A stretch of 64,000 bases of DNA from an uncultured Clostridia bacterium (GTDB lineage: Bacteria; Bacillota; Clostridia; Christensenellales; UBA1242): the NCBI GenBank assembly GCA_944381205.1, contig CALWKG010000004.1, positions 28,868 through 92,867 on the forward strand. Reading direction: 5' to 3'. Position numbers and translations under genes: made by a program. Below the pieces are notes generated by a model that saw only the letters and a list, made by a program, of their open reading frames with translations, ran no database searches and had not been told where the DNA came from. Of this stretch, positions 10,084-17,560 are shown one piece after another (the first letter of the stretch is position 1; each line of letters opens with the position of its first letter).

Positions 10084-10824
10084 TTACTTTTTTGGGATAA
10101 CAATTATCCTTCTGTGTGGCTCTTTGCCTTCGCTTTGAGTTATAACCCCGTCGTAGTCTTGCAGGGCAGTGTGGACGACCTTTCTGTCATAAGAATTCAT
10201 TGGCTCTAATCTTATAGGCTTGCCAATCCTAAGTGCTTTTTTTGCGGTCCTTTTGGCTAATTCTATAAGTGTGGTTTCTCTTATGTCCTTATATTTGCCG
10301 GCACTAAAATAAACCTTTTGAGTATAGCCGTTATTTCTCACATAATTTTTAAGAACTTCCTGTATTGCGTTCATAGTTTCGCCACGACAACCAATAATTT
10401 TGCTCAACTTTTCGCCCTGTGCTACAAAAAAATACTCGTCGTCTTTAATCTCGCAGTTTATTTCTACCTTAACCTCAAAAAGTTCAAAAAGTTTACTTAA
10501 AAACTCGCCCGCAAACTCTTTTAAATCGCCATTATTACAAGTGGTTTCGTTTTTTGGTTTTTTATCGGCTTTAACTTTTTTGTCGTCAGTTAAATCTTCA
10601 ACCTTATCTTCAACTTTTTTAGCAGAGTTTTCATTTGTTTCTTCGCTAATTTTGTCGTCTATGACCTTGCTTTCGTCATAAAAAATCTCGACTTTTGCCT
10701 TCCTAAAAAGCCCGCCTTCGTCAATAATTTTTATATCAACGTCTTCTTGTTTTAGGTTTAATTCTTTAAGCGCGTTATCAATCGCCTTTTGAACATTTCT
10801 TGCACTTACTTTTATACTTTTCAT
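10084..10824 (-). CDS. jag: Jag/KhpB-type RNA-binding protein (Jag_N, KH, R3H)
   Basis: Lies immediately downstream of yidC. C-terminal R3H-like region (MNSYDRKVVHTAL) and an acidic/lysine-rich linker. Confidence 0.8.
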   Translation of the reverse strand: MKSIKVSARNVQKAIDNALKELNLKQEDVDIKIIDEGGLFRKAKVEIFYDESKVIDDKISEETNENSAKKVEDKVEDLTDDKKVKADKKPKNETTCNNGDLKEFAGEFLSKLFELFEVKVEINCEIKDDEYFFVAQGEKLSKIIGCRGETMNAIQEVLKNYVRNNGYTQKVYFSAGKYKDIRETTLIELAKRTAKKALRIGKPIRLEPMNSYDRKVVHTALQDYDGVITQSEGKEPHRRIIVIPKK

Positions 10825-10838
10825 AGTCTTTATCCCTT

Positions 10839-11966
10839 TTAATATCTTCTATAATCCACTTTTGTTTTTTCTTGTTCTTTCTTTTCTCTCCTACTTTCAA
10901 TCGCGTTACAAATAGCGGTAATTACTGGTATAAGCAGGGTAGAGATAATCGAGTTAAATAAAATATAAATAGAAAATATTGCGCTAGAATTTAACGTAAA
11001 TATCAACATAATCACCGGCAACAAAAACATCATAATTTTTGTCATACCCGGCTGGCTTTGTGGGCTTTGCCCTTTTGGAGTGGACATCTTTCGAGAAATC
11101 CACTGAGAAAGAAACGACACCACCAAAACTAAAATCGAAAGAATGTAGTACCCGTTCACCCCATTTGTGCCATTTTCGCCGTCTAGCAGTTTTTGGATAA
11201 CAAGGTTGTAGTCGCTCTCTCTAATGCTTTTATCTCCCGTTAGGCTAACGTAGGAATTATACTGCAAAATTTCGCTCGCCGTCGCCTTGTCTGCTATCCA
11301 AATGTTTTTTATCCAAAGCCAACTATCTTTTATCTCTAAGTACCTTTTTACAACTTCGTCTTGCGACAAACTGATAATCTCGTCTTTGGTCTGCTTTACA
11401 GTTTCTAGCCCGTCAATCGCTATTTTTTGGTTTTCCAAAACTACAATATAGTTGTGCTTTTCGTTGTCAGTTTCAAAGGCATTTAACGTGTCATAATCAA
11501 CACCTAAATAGTCGTAGTATTCAACTTCATAAACACTGTTATAGGTGGCTTGCAAGTCTTCAAATTGGTTTTTAATTTTAAACCCCGCAATGTACTGTAT
11601 GGACGTGTACAGGGTTATAAACACCGTCAACGTCACCGCCATATATATTAGCATCACTATGCACGAGCCTTTCATACTAAACCCAGACTTTTTGTACAAC
11701 TCGTTTTGCTTTTGGTACAGCAAATTTTGGTTTTGCCCGTACTGCCTTTGCAGTTTCATTAACTGCGGTTGCAACTTTTGCTGAGCGCGCATAGTCTTAT
11801 TTGTATAAAATCTTTGCAAAAAGTCCAGTGGCGACAAAATCAACTTTAAAACCAAAGTAAACAAAATGATTGTCCAGGCATAACTCCCAACGTCAAACAA
11901 CTTTATAAGTGTCGCCCAAAAATTATCCGCAGGCCACGCTGAACAAAACAGATTTATAATATCCAT
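10839..11966 (-). CDS. yidC: Membrane protein insertase YidC/Oxa1 family (unusually long, 375 aa)
   Basis: Has the LQPQLMKLQRQYG...LYKK motif region and multiple TM segments. Sits in the rnpA-yidD-yidC-jag order. Confidence 0.85.
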   Translation of the reverse strand: MDIINLFCSAWPADNFWATLIKLFDVGSYAWTIILFTLVLKLILSPLDFLQRFYTNKTMRAQQKLQPQLMKLQRQYGQNQNLLYQKQNELYKKSGFSMKGSCIVMLIYMAVTLTVFITLYTSIQYIAGFKIKNQFEDLQATYNSVYEVEYYDYLGVDYDTLNAFETDNEKHNYIVVLENQKIAIDGLETVKQTKDEIISLSQDEVVKRYLEIKDSWLWIKNIWIADKATASEILQYNSYVSLTGDKSIRESDYNLVIQKLLDGENGTNGVNGYYILSILVLVVSFLSQWISRKMSTPKGQSPQSQPGMTKIMMFLLPVIMLIFTLNSSAIFSIYILFNSIISTLLIPVITAICNAIESRREKKEQEKTKVDYRRY

Positions 11967-12241
11967 TTTACTTTTCCTTTAATGTTAGGTTTTACCATAT
12001 CAACCCCGCCTTTTGACCACGGGTTGCATCTAAAAATTCTCTTTAACCCAAAAAAACTACCAACAATAACCCCGTATTCGTCAACAGATTGCAAAAAATA
12101 AGTCGAACAACTAGGGGTAAACCTACACTGATTGGGGAAAAGTGGTGAAATACAAAATTTGTAAAAATATATAAGACCTTTGATAATTAAGCGAAAGGGA
12201 AGGGAGATTATATATAAAGCCAAGTGCAAAAATTTTTTCAT
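11954..12241 (-). CDS. yidD: Membrane protein insertion efficiency factor YidD
   Basis: CRFTPSCSTY motif; overlaps rnpA and yidC. Confidence 0.85.
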   Translation of the reverse strand: MKKFLHLALYIISLPFRLIIKGLIYFYKFCISPLFPNQCRFTPSCSTYFLQSVDEYGVIVGSFFGLKRIFRCNPWSKGGVDMVKPNIKGKVKWIL

Positions 12242-12567
12242 TCCTTAACCTTGCTTAAAATAATTTCTACTTCCTGTTGCAGTTGTGCAAAGGATAACTC
12301 ATCAATGTTTTGCTTTGCGACAAAAACATAATTTTTTACCGGCAACTCGTTAATTTTAAGCCGGATAATCTCGCTAAGCCTTCGTTTTACCTTGTGCCTT
12401 ACAACACTGTTGCCTATTTTGTTGCTAATGCTAAACCCAAATTTAGACTCCTTCCACTTAGTACTCACAACATAAAGGGTCAAAAACTTTGTAAAATACA
12501 CCTTTCCTTTTTTGTAGATATAGTTAAATTCTTTCTTTTTTCTAAGCCTATTTTTTAAACTAAGCAT
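12238..12567 (-). CDS. rnpA: Ribonuclease P protein component
   Basis: 109-aa basic protein directly downstream of rpmH, with RNR-like motif VVRHKVKRRL. Confidence 0.85.
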   Translation of the reverse strand: MLSLKNRLRKKKEFNYIYKKGKVYFTKFLTLYVVSTKWKESKFGFSISNKIGNSVVRHKVKRRLSEIIRLKINELPVKNYVFVAKQNIDELSFAQLQQEVEIILSKVKE

Positions 12568-12579
12568 AACACTTTTCTT

Positions 12580-12717
12580 TTAAGCAGAAAGAACTTTTCT
12601 TCCTCGATTTCTGCGTCTTTTTAAAACTTTTCTTCCGTTTTTAGTAGACATTCTCTTTCTAAAACCGTGGACTTTTTTTCTTCTGTGTTTATTTGGCTGA
12701 TATGTCCCCTTTTCCAT
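12580..12717 (-). CDS. rpmH: 50S ribosomal protein L34
   Basis: Too short for the ORF track. Manual translation: [45 protein letters not shown] (45 aa), classic L34. GGAGGAAAAA precedes the ATG. Confidence 0.9.
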   Translation of the reverse strand: MEKGTYQPNKHRRKKVHGFRKRMSTKNGRKVLKRRRNRGRKVLSA

Positions 12718-12979
12718 TTTTTCCTCCTAAAAGTTTGTTACAAGTCTGTCTACTTTTACCTTCCGAACAACTGGTCATCTATTTTAAACTTGCGTAAACC
12801 AGTGTAAATTATTTTTTTTTACTTGTCAATAACTTTTTTAAAAAATTTTTTTAATTCGAATTATCAGTCAAATCTACAATAAAATTTTTTTGTATTTTAC
12901 TATAATCTCCTTTATTTATGCGGGTTTTAGGCTTTTTGATATTGATTTTTTATCCGACTAATTTGTCTATTTTTGGCTT

Positions 12980-13684
12980 TTAAAATTCAAAGTCCTTCCT
13001 GTAACAACTCTTATTATCTTCTTCCTTAAAATATTCTTCAAATTCCGGAAAATACGGGGTTTCGCTATTTTTTTTGTTTTCCGACTCTGCTTTTTGCCTT
13101 TTTATTTCTTCAAATTTGGCAATTTCTTTTTTCATTTCAACGTTGTGCCTGCCAAAGTCAAAAAACTTTTCGTCGCCCACCATATCGACGTTTTTTGGGT
13201 CGAAATTTTTCTTTTCGCAAAAATCTTCATAGTTGTTTAAAAGGGTGTTGTAAATGTTATATTCAAAGTTTTCGTTAAAAACCTTTTTGTCTTCTTCTGT
13301 TTTTTGGGGTTTGCCGGAAAATTCAACGTTTCTGTCAAAAATTTCCATATCGTATTCCGACACATAAAAACTAGCGGTGTCTATCAAACCAAGACTCACG
13401 TTGTTGCGGGTTCTTGTCAGTATTTTGTTTTGAAAGTTAAAATACGAAAATAAGTCTTCCTTGGATAAACTATCTACCCAATCTCTTTTGCACTTGTCTT
13501 CATAAATTTGAAGGGCACATTCGTCAAATCTTAAAAAGTTCTCCGCAATAGTCTTATAAATTTCCTGCAAATCTTCGATGGTCGACTTAGAGGTAAGGGC
13601 AAACTCTCTAATTTTTATATTATTCTCTTTTATAAGCCTTCTAAGAACAAGCCACTCTTGGTAAGGGGTTAAAGTATAAAACAT
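12980..13684 (-). CDS. Hypothetical acidic protein (234 aa), no family recognised
   Basis: Long ORF with AAGGAGAAG RBS; sits between rpmH and the repeat-rich region. Confidence 0.6.
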   Translation of the reverse strand: MFYTLTPYQEWLVLRRLIKENNIKIREFALTSKSTIEDLQEIYKTIAENFLRFDECALQIYEDKCKRDWVDSLSKEDLFSYFNFQNKILTRTRNNVSLGLIDTASFYVSEYDMEIFDRNVEFSGKPQKTEEDKKVFNENFEYNIYNTLLNNYEDFCEKKNFDPKNVDMVGDEKFFDFGRHNVEMKKEIAKFEEIKRQKAESENKKNSETPYFPEFEEYFKEEDNKSCYRKDFEF

Positions 13685-13710
13685 CTTAACTTCTCCTTAT
13701 GTGTAGATTT

Positions 13711-14075
13711 TTATCCATCAGTGCGGGCAATTTTTTTTATTCAAAGCAGGTCGCTTAAATTTTTTTCAGCGCAGGTTATTTATTTCTTGTAGTTTTTCCA
13801 TCAACAAAGGTTTTTATTTTGTGTAAATAAAAATTTTTTAATCTTTGCTTTTTTCTATCAACTAAGGTATTTAATTTTTTGCAAACTATCAAATTTTTGT
13901 TTTTATCAATGCGTTTTTTGTAGTTTATGCGGATATTTTATTTTTGTAGTTTTTTAAAACAAAGTTCTTTTTTTATCTATCAACGCAAACTATCAAAGTT
14001 TTTTATCTATCAACAAAGACTGTTTTACTGTATTGTATTAACGCGGACTATCTAATTTTTTTTTATCAATGCAGG
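13711..14075. repeat. Iteron-like array: T-tract followed by a (T)TATC(A/C)A(A/T)C/G core, at least 9 copies
   Basis: TTATCCATCAGTGCGGG 13711, TCCATCAACAAAGG 13797, TCTATCAACTAAGG 13854, TTATCAATGCG 13903, TCTATCAACGCAAACTATCAAAG 13976, TCTATCAACAAAGAC 14006, TTATCAATGCAGG 14063 and others. The core resembles a degenerate DnaA box (TTATCAACA). Confidence 0.7.
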
Positions 14076-14159
14076 CTTCTTAACCTTTGACAATTTTATT
14101 ATAACATACAATTTTTAAAATTTAAAGACCTACTGCCAAATTTTTTTATATTTTTCAAA

Positions 14160-15400
14160 AAAGTTTTTTATTCCTTCGATTAGGGGACTCTTCGTCAGTC
14201 CGTCACAGTAGGCAACTCTCAGGGTGACGTGTCATTCTGAGATGGGTAAACTTGTTCGGCTTTCGAAGAATCCCCTATCTCAACGACGTACACTTGTACT
14301 ATTGCATACCTTCGCTTAGGGGATATTTCGTCAGCCCATCAATGTAAGCAGGCTCAATATGACACACAAAACCGTCATTCAGTGTTCTTATGTCATTTTA
14401 AGTATCTCTAAGTGTTTGTTTTCCGTATTTTTGCGACCCACGCTCATACGTGATTGTAAGTTGCAACGCAAATATTAACTTATTTGCATACGCAACACGG
14501 ACAATCACTATTCGCTTTATCCCAAAAATCTAACGATTTTCGGGAGCCCTATTTAATTTAACGATTTTCGGGAACCCTGTTTTCCCGTCATTCTGAGAGC
14601 CGACCTGCAACGACCGACTCCCGAAGAATCCCCTATCTCGAAGATGGATAATTTGCTTAAATATCTCTAAGTGTTTGTTTTCCGTATTTTTGCGACCCAT
14701 GCTCGCACGTGATTTTTTGTCACCGCTCCCATTTTATCAAATGTGAGTAATTATCAATCACTACTCGCTACGTCACAACTTGCGATGCTTAGCATTTTGC
14801 TACCGCAAACTTGCCACTTGCACGCAACTTGTTCCTTATTCCCAAAAATCTAACGATTTTCGGGAGCCCTGTTATTTTTTTTAATTTGCGGGAGCCCTGT
14901 CATTCAAACCGTGTGAGCCACGTTTTTATTTACCATAATCCATACTACCCCAAAACTTATCTCAAAAAAAACCACAAACCCATAAGTAAACCCCAAGGAA
15001 AACAAATATCTTAGAGATATAAAGTACACTTATACTGTTTTCTCCCACCTATTATGAGATTCTTCGCAAGCCGGTCAAGTATGCCCATCTCAGAATGACG
15101 GCGCTCATACGTGATTGTAAGTTGCAACGCAAATATTAACATATTTTCTTACACAACACATACAATCACTATTCGCTTTTTCCCAAAAAATTTGCAATTT
15201 TTTGGGAGCCCTCTACGTCTTTAAAATTTGAGACCCTTCGTCAGCCTATCACAGTAGGCAACTCTCAGGGTGACGGAAAAAACGGGTGATATTCCATCAA
15301 CCCATTAAAGCAGGTATTTCTCCGGGTGACGAGAAGTACGGGGTTTAAAAATTTCTAACTATTTTAGAAAACCCTGTTTAGATATACTCACAACTAAAAC
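14160..15400. repeat. Mosaic repeat cluster R1 (modules A, B, C, D, E in several copies and orientations)
   Basis: Copies read by eye:
- B-A palindrome at 14181-14288.
- C (TATCTCTAAGTGTTTGTTTTCCGTATTTTTGCGACCC) at 14403 and 14662.
- D hairpin at 14441-14516 and 15102-15177.
- E hairpins at 14521, 14841 and 15182.
- A-C composite at 14584-14698, with a reversed copy at 15003-15102. Confidence 0.85.
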
Positions 15401-15498
15401 ATATTATTTATCTGCTTTTTTTGCTACTGTACTCGTCTTTTGTTAAAAGCAAGTTTTTAAATTACTCGTATTTATGTTTCTCTTTTTTGCGCGCGGGT

Positions 15499-15551
15499 GA
15501 AAGTGAGTTCTTCTCACTTTCTTTTACTCTCGTTAGAGAGTTTTCTTTTTT
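15499..15551 (+). terminator. Two tandem intrinsic-terminator-like hairpins with T-runs, with no upstream plus-strand gene
   Basis: GAAAGTGAG-TTCTT-CTCACTTTC then TTTT (15499-15525). CTCTC-GTTA-GAGAG then TTTTCTTTTTT (15527-15551). Confidence 0.5.
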
Positions 15552-15596
15552 ATCACACAAATATAAATCTTCATAATAATAATCATAATCATAAAG

Positions 15597-15675
15597 GTTG
15601 TTTTCGCTTGTTTTGGGTTGTTTTGGGTTGTTTTAGGTTGTTTTAGGTTATGTTTAGGTTATCTTTTGATTATCT
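15597..15675. repeat. 10-11-bp tandem repeats (GGTTGTTTTG / GGTTATGTTTA type), about 8 units; a second short array lies at about 15811-15853
   Basis: Read directly: GGTTGTTTTC GCTTGTTTTG GGTTGTTTTG GGTTGTTTTA GGTTGTTTTA GGTTATGTTTA GGTTATCTTTT. Confidence 0.8.
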
Positions 15676-15960
15676 TTAACTACTTTTTTTATTGATTTCT
15701 AAACTACATCTCGCTTTTTTTATTGATTTTTTTTAACAACCTTTAAATTAAATCTTTAATTTTTTTGTTTACCTTAGTTTATATCTAAGTTGTCATTGGT
15801 TTATTTTTTAGTTATCTTTGGGTTATGTCTAGGTTATCTTAGGTTATGTTTTAATTATGACTTTTTACTTTTTTTTCCTATATTTTAATTGCTTATTGAT
15901 TACTTTTTTTAAAAAATTTTTTTCACTTATTTTTTTGATTATAATTTTTTATTAATTGTT

Positions 15961-16007
15961 AAAAAAAACACCTTAAATTTAGGTATGTCCAAAATTATTT
16001 AAGGTGT
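15961..16007 (-). terminator. Intrinsic terminator downstream of dnaN
   Basis: ACACCTTAAAT...ATTTAAGGTGT 11-bp stem (15968-16007), followed on the minus strand by a T8 run (15961-15968). Confidence 0.7.
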
Positions 16008-16073
16008 ATTTTTTACTAAATTTTAATATACGGTAAAATTTTTTACTAAAAATCAAAACATTTACTAAGTTTT

Positions 16074-17183
16074 TTAATTTTGATTAATTATTCTAACCGG
16101 CAAAATTAAAAACAAATACTCATCAGAGTCGCTAGGTGTAACAATGCAAGGGCTAGACGGAGTATTAAAGCAAATTTTAATTGCTTCGTCGCTAATAGTT
16201 CTAAGACATTCCGAAAAATACCTAGAATTAAACGCGACCGTTAAATCATTCCCTTTAAGTGAAATTCCAATATTTTCCTTAATATTACCAATATCGGAAT
16301 TAGACGAAAGAGTTAAAACTTTGTCCTTAATATCAAATCTTACCAAATTATTTTTATCAACGCGGGATAAAACGGAAGTTCTCTCGATAGCCTCTTCAAA
16401 AACGGTTTTATTTATAAACAGGGTAGTGGTAAAATCCTTTGGAATAATCTGATTGTAATTTATAAAATCGCCTTCAATTAGCCTTGTAATAATTTTTGTG
16501 CTATCTACATCTACTGTTAAAAAGTTTTTTTGTATGTAAACTTTTATGACTTCGTCACTGTCCTCTAAAAACTTCCAAATTTCGTTAAGGCTCTTTGCCG
16601 GAACAACAATACTTGTTTCGATATTGCTAGAAACCAAAGGCTTTGTGACATAAGCCAACCTGTAACCATCTAGCGCAATAGAGTTAATTTTTTCTTTACC
16701 TATTTCAAAACAGCACCCTTTTAGTATTGGTCTAGTGTCGTCCACAGCGGTAGAAAAAATAGTTCTATTAATCAGTATTTTAAAGTCTTTTTGAGTAATT
16801 TCAAAATAGTTGCCTTCGCTGTCAATTCTCAAATTAGGAAATTCCATAGAGTTGTAACACTGTATCAAACTTTCGCTGTCTGTATAGACCATTTTTAGTT
16901 GATTTTTATCATTTGTTTCTAGGGTAATCTTTTCGTTAGTAAGTTTTCTTATAAAATCCGAAAAGAATTTCCCCGGGATAACGACTTCGCCTTCTTCTTT
17001 TACGTCAGCCCTAATATTCTTTTCAATCGCAAGTTCCAAATCAGTTGCAGATAACTTTATGCTGTCGCCTTCGGTTACTATTTTTATTCCTTCCAAAATA
17101 GGATTAGTTGTCTTATTAGAAATTGCCTTTATGACTTGACTTGTTGCAACACTCAAATCTAGCCCGTCACACACTACCTTCAT
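16074..17183 (-). CDS. dnaN: DNA polymerase III beta sliding clamp
   Basis: 369 aa, typical DnaN N-terminus (MKVVCDGLDL..., ILEGIKI), adjacent to dnaA. Confidence 0.93.
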   Translation of the reverse strand: MKVVCDGLDLSVATSQVIKAISNKTTNPILEGIKIVTEGDSIKLSATDLELAIEKNIRADVKEEGEVVIPGKFFSDFIRKLTNEKITLETNDKNQLKMVYTDSESLIQCYNSMEFPNLRIDSEGNYFEITQKDFKILINRTIFSTAVDDTRPILKGCCFEIGKEKINSIALDGYRLAYVTKPLVSSNIETSIVVPAKSLNEIWKFLEDSDEVIKVYIQKNFLTVDVDSTKIITRLIEGDFINYNQIIPKDFTTTLFINKTVFEEAIERTSVLSRVDKNNLVRFDIKDKVLTLSSNSDIGNIKENIGISLKGNDLTVAFNSRYFSECLRTISDEAIKICFNTPSSPCIVTPSDSDEYLFLILPVRIINQN

Positions 17184-17560
17184 CTTTTATTCTCCTTTTT
17201 TAAATTCACTATTAATAATAATAGTCTGTGGATATGTGAAAATCTTTTCTCGCTAACTATTTTACCGCTATTTATCATATTTGTACAGACTTTTTTTTAA
17301 AATTTTCAAAATATTTTTTATTGACACTTATCAACAATTTGTGAATAACTTTTTCTTTCCCGACCGAATATTCTTGCGGTACTATATAACTAATTAATTA
17401 ATAATACACTTTTTAAGTTAATATTTTTAGGCAATGTTAATTTGTGAATAACTTTTTTAACATACAATATATGCGGTCGTTTTTAGTTTAAAATAAAAAT
17501 TACCACTATATTTAGTGATAATTTTTTCACACAAAAAGTTTATAACTTAGTTTTATTGAC
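17184..17560. other. oriC: Candidate oriC segment (dnaA-dnaN spacer) with DnaA-box-like 9-mers
   Basis: TGTGGATAT 17227-17235. Convergent pair TTATCAACA 17328-17336 and TGTGAATAA 17340-17348. TGTGAATAA 17443-17451. Each is 1 mismatch from consensus. The spacer is AT-rich and in the position typical of Firmicute oriC. Confidence 0.55.

Noticed and set aside
14811-15014. 67-aa ORF inside repeat cluster R1; the same applies to 26428-26616, 35167-35394, 36754-36942 and 36761-37042
   Set aside because: These are composed of modules A/B/E read through (recurrent RHSE..EESP-type peptides). They lack an RBS, occur in both orientations and differ by frame between copies, so they are artefacts of repeat DNA.
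14160-15400. Interpretation of the repeat clusters as decayed IS elements or prophage remnants
   Set aside because: No transposase/integrase-like reading frame, even a fragmentary one, is visible in any cluster. The units are 25-120 nt hairpins rather than long terminal inverted repeats around a coding core.
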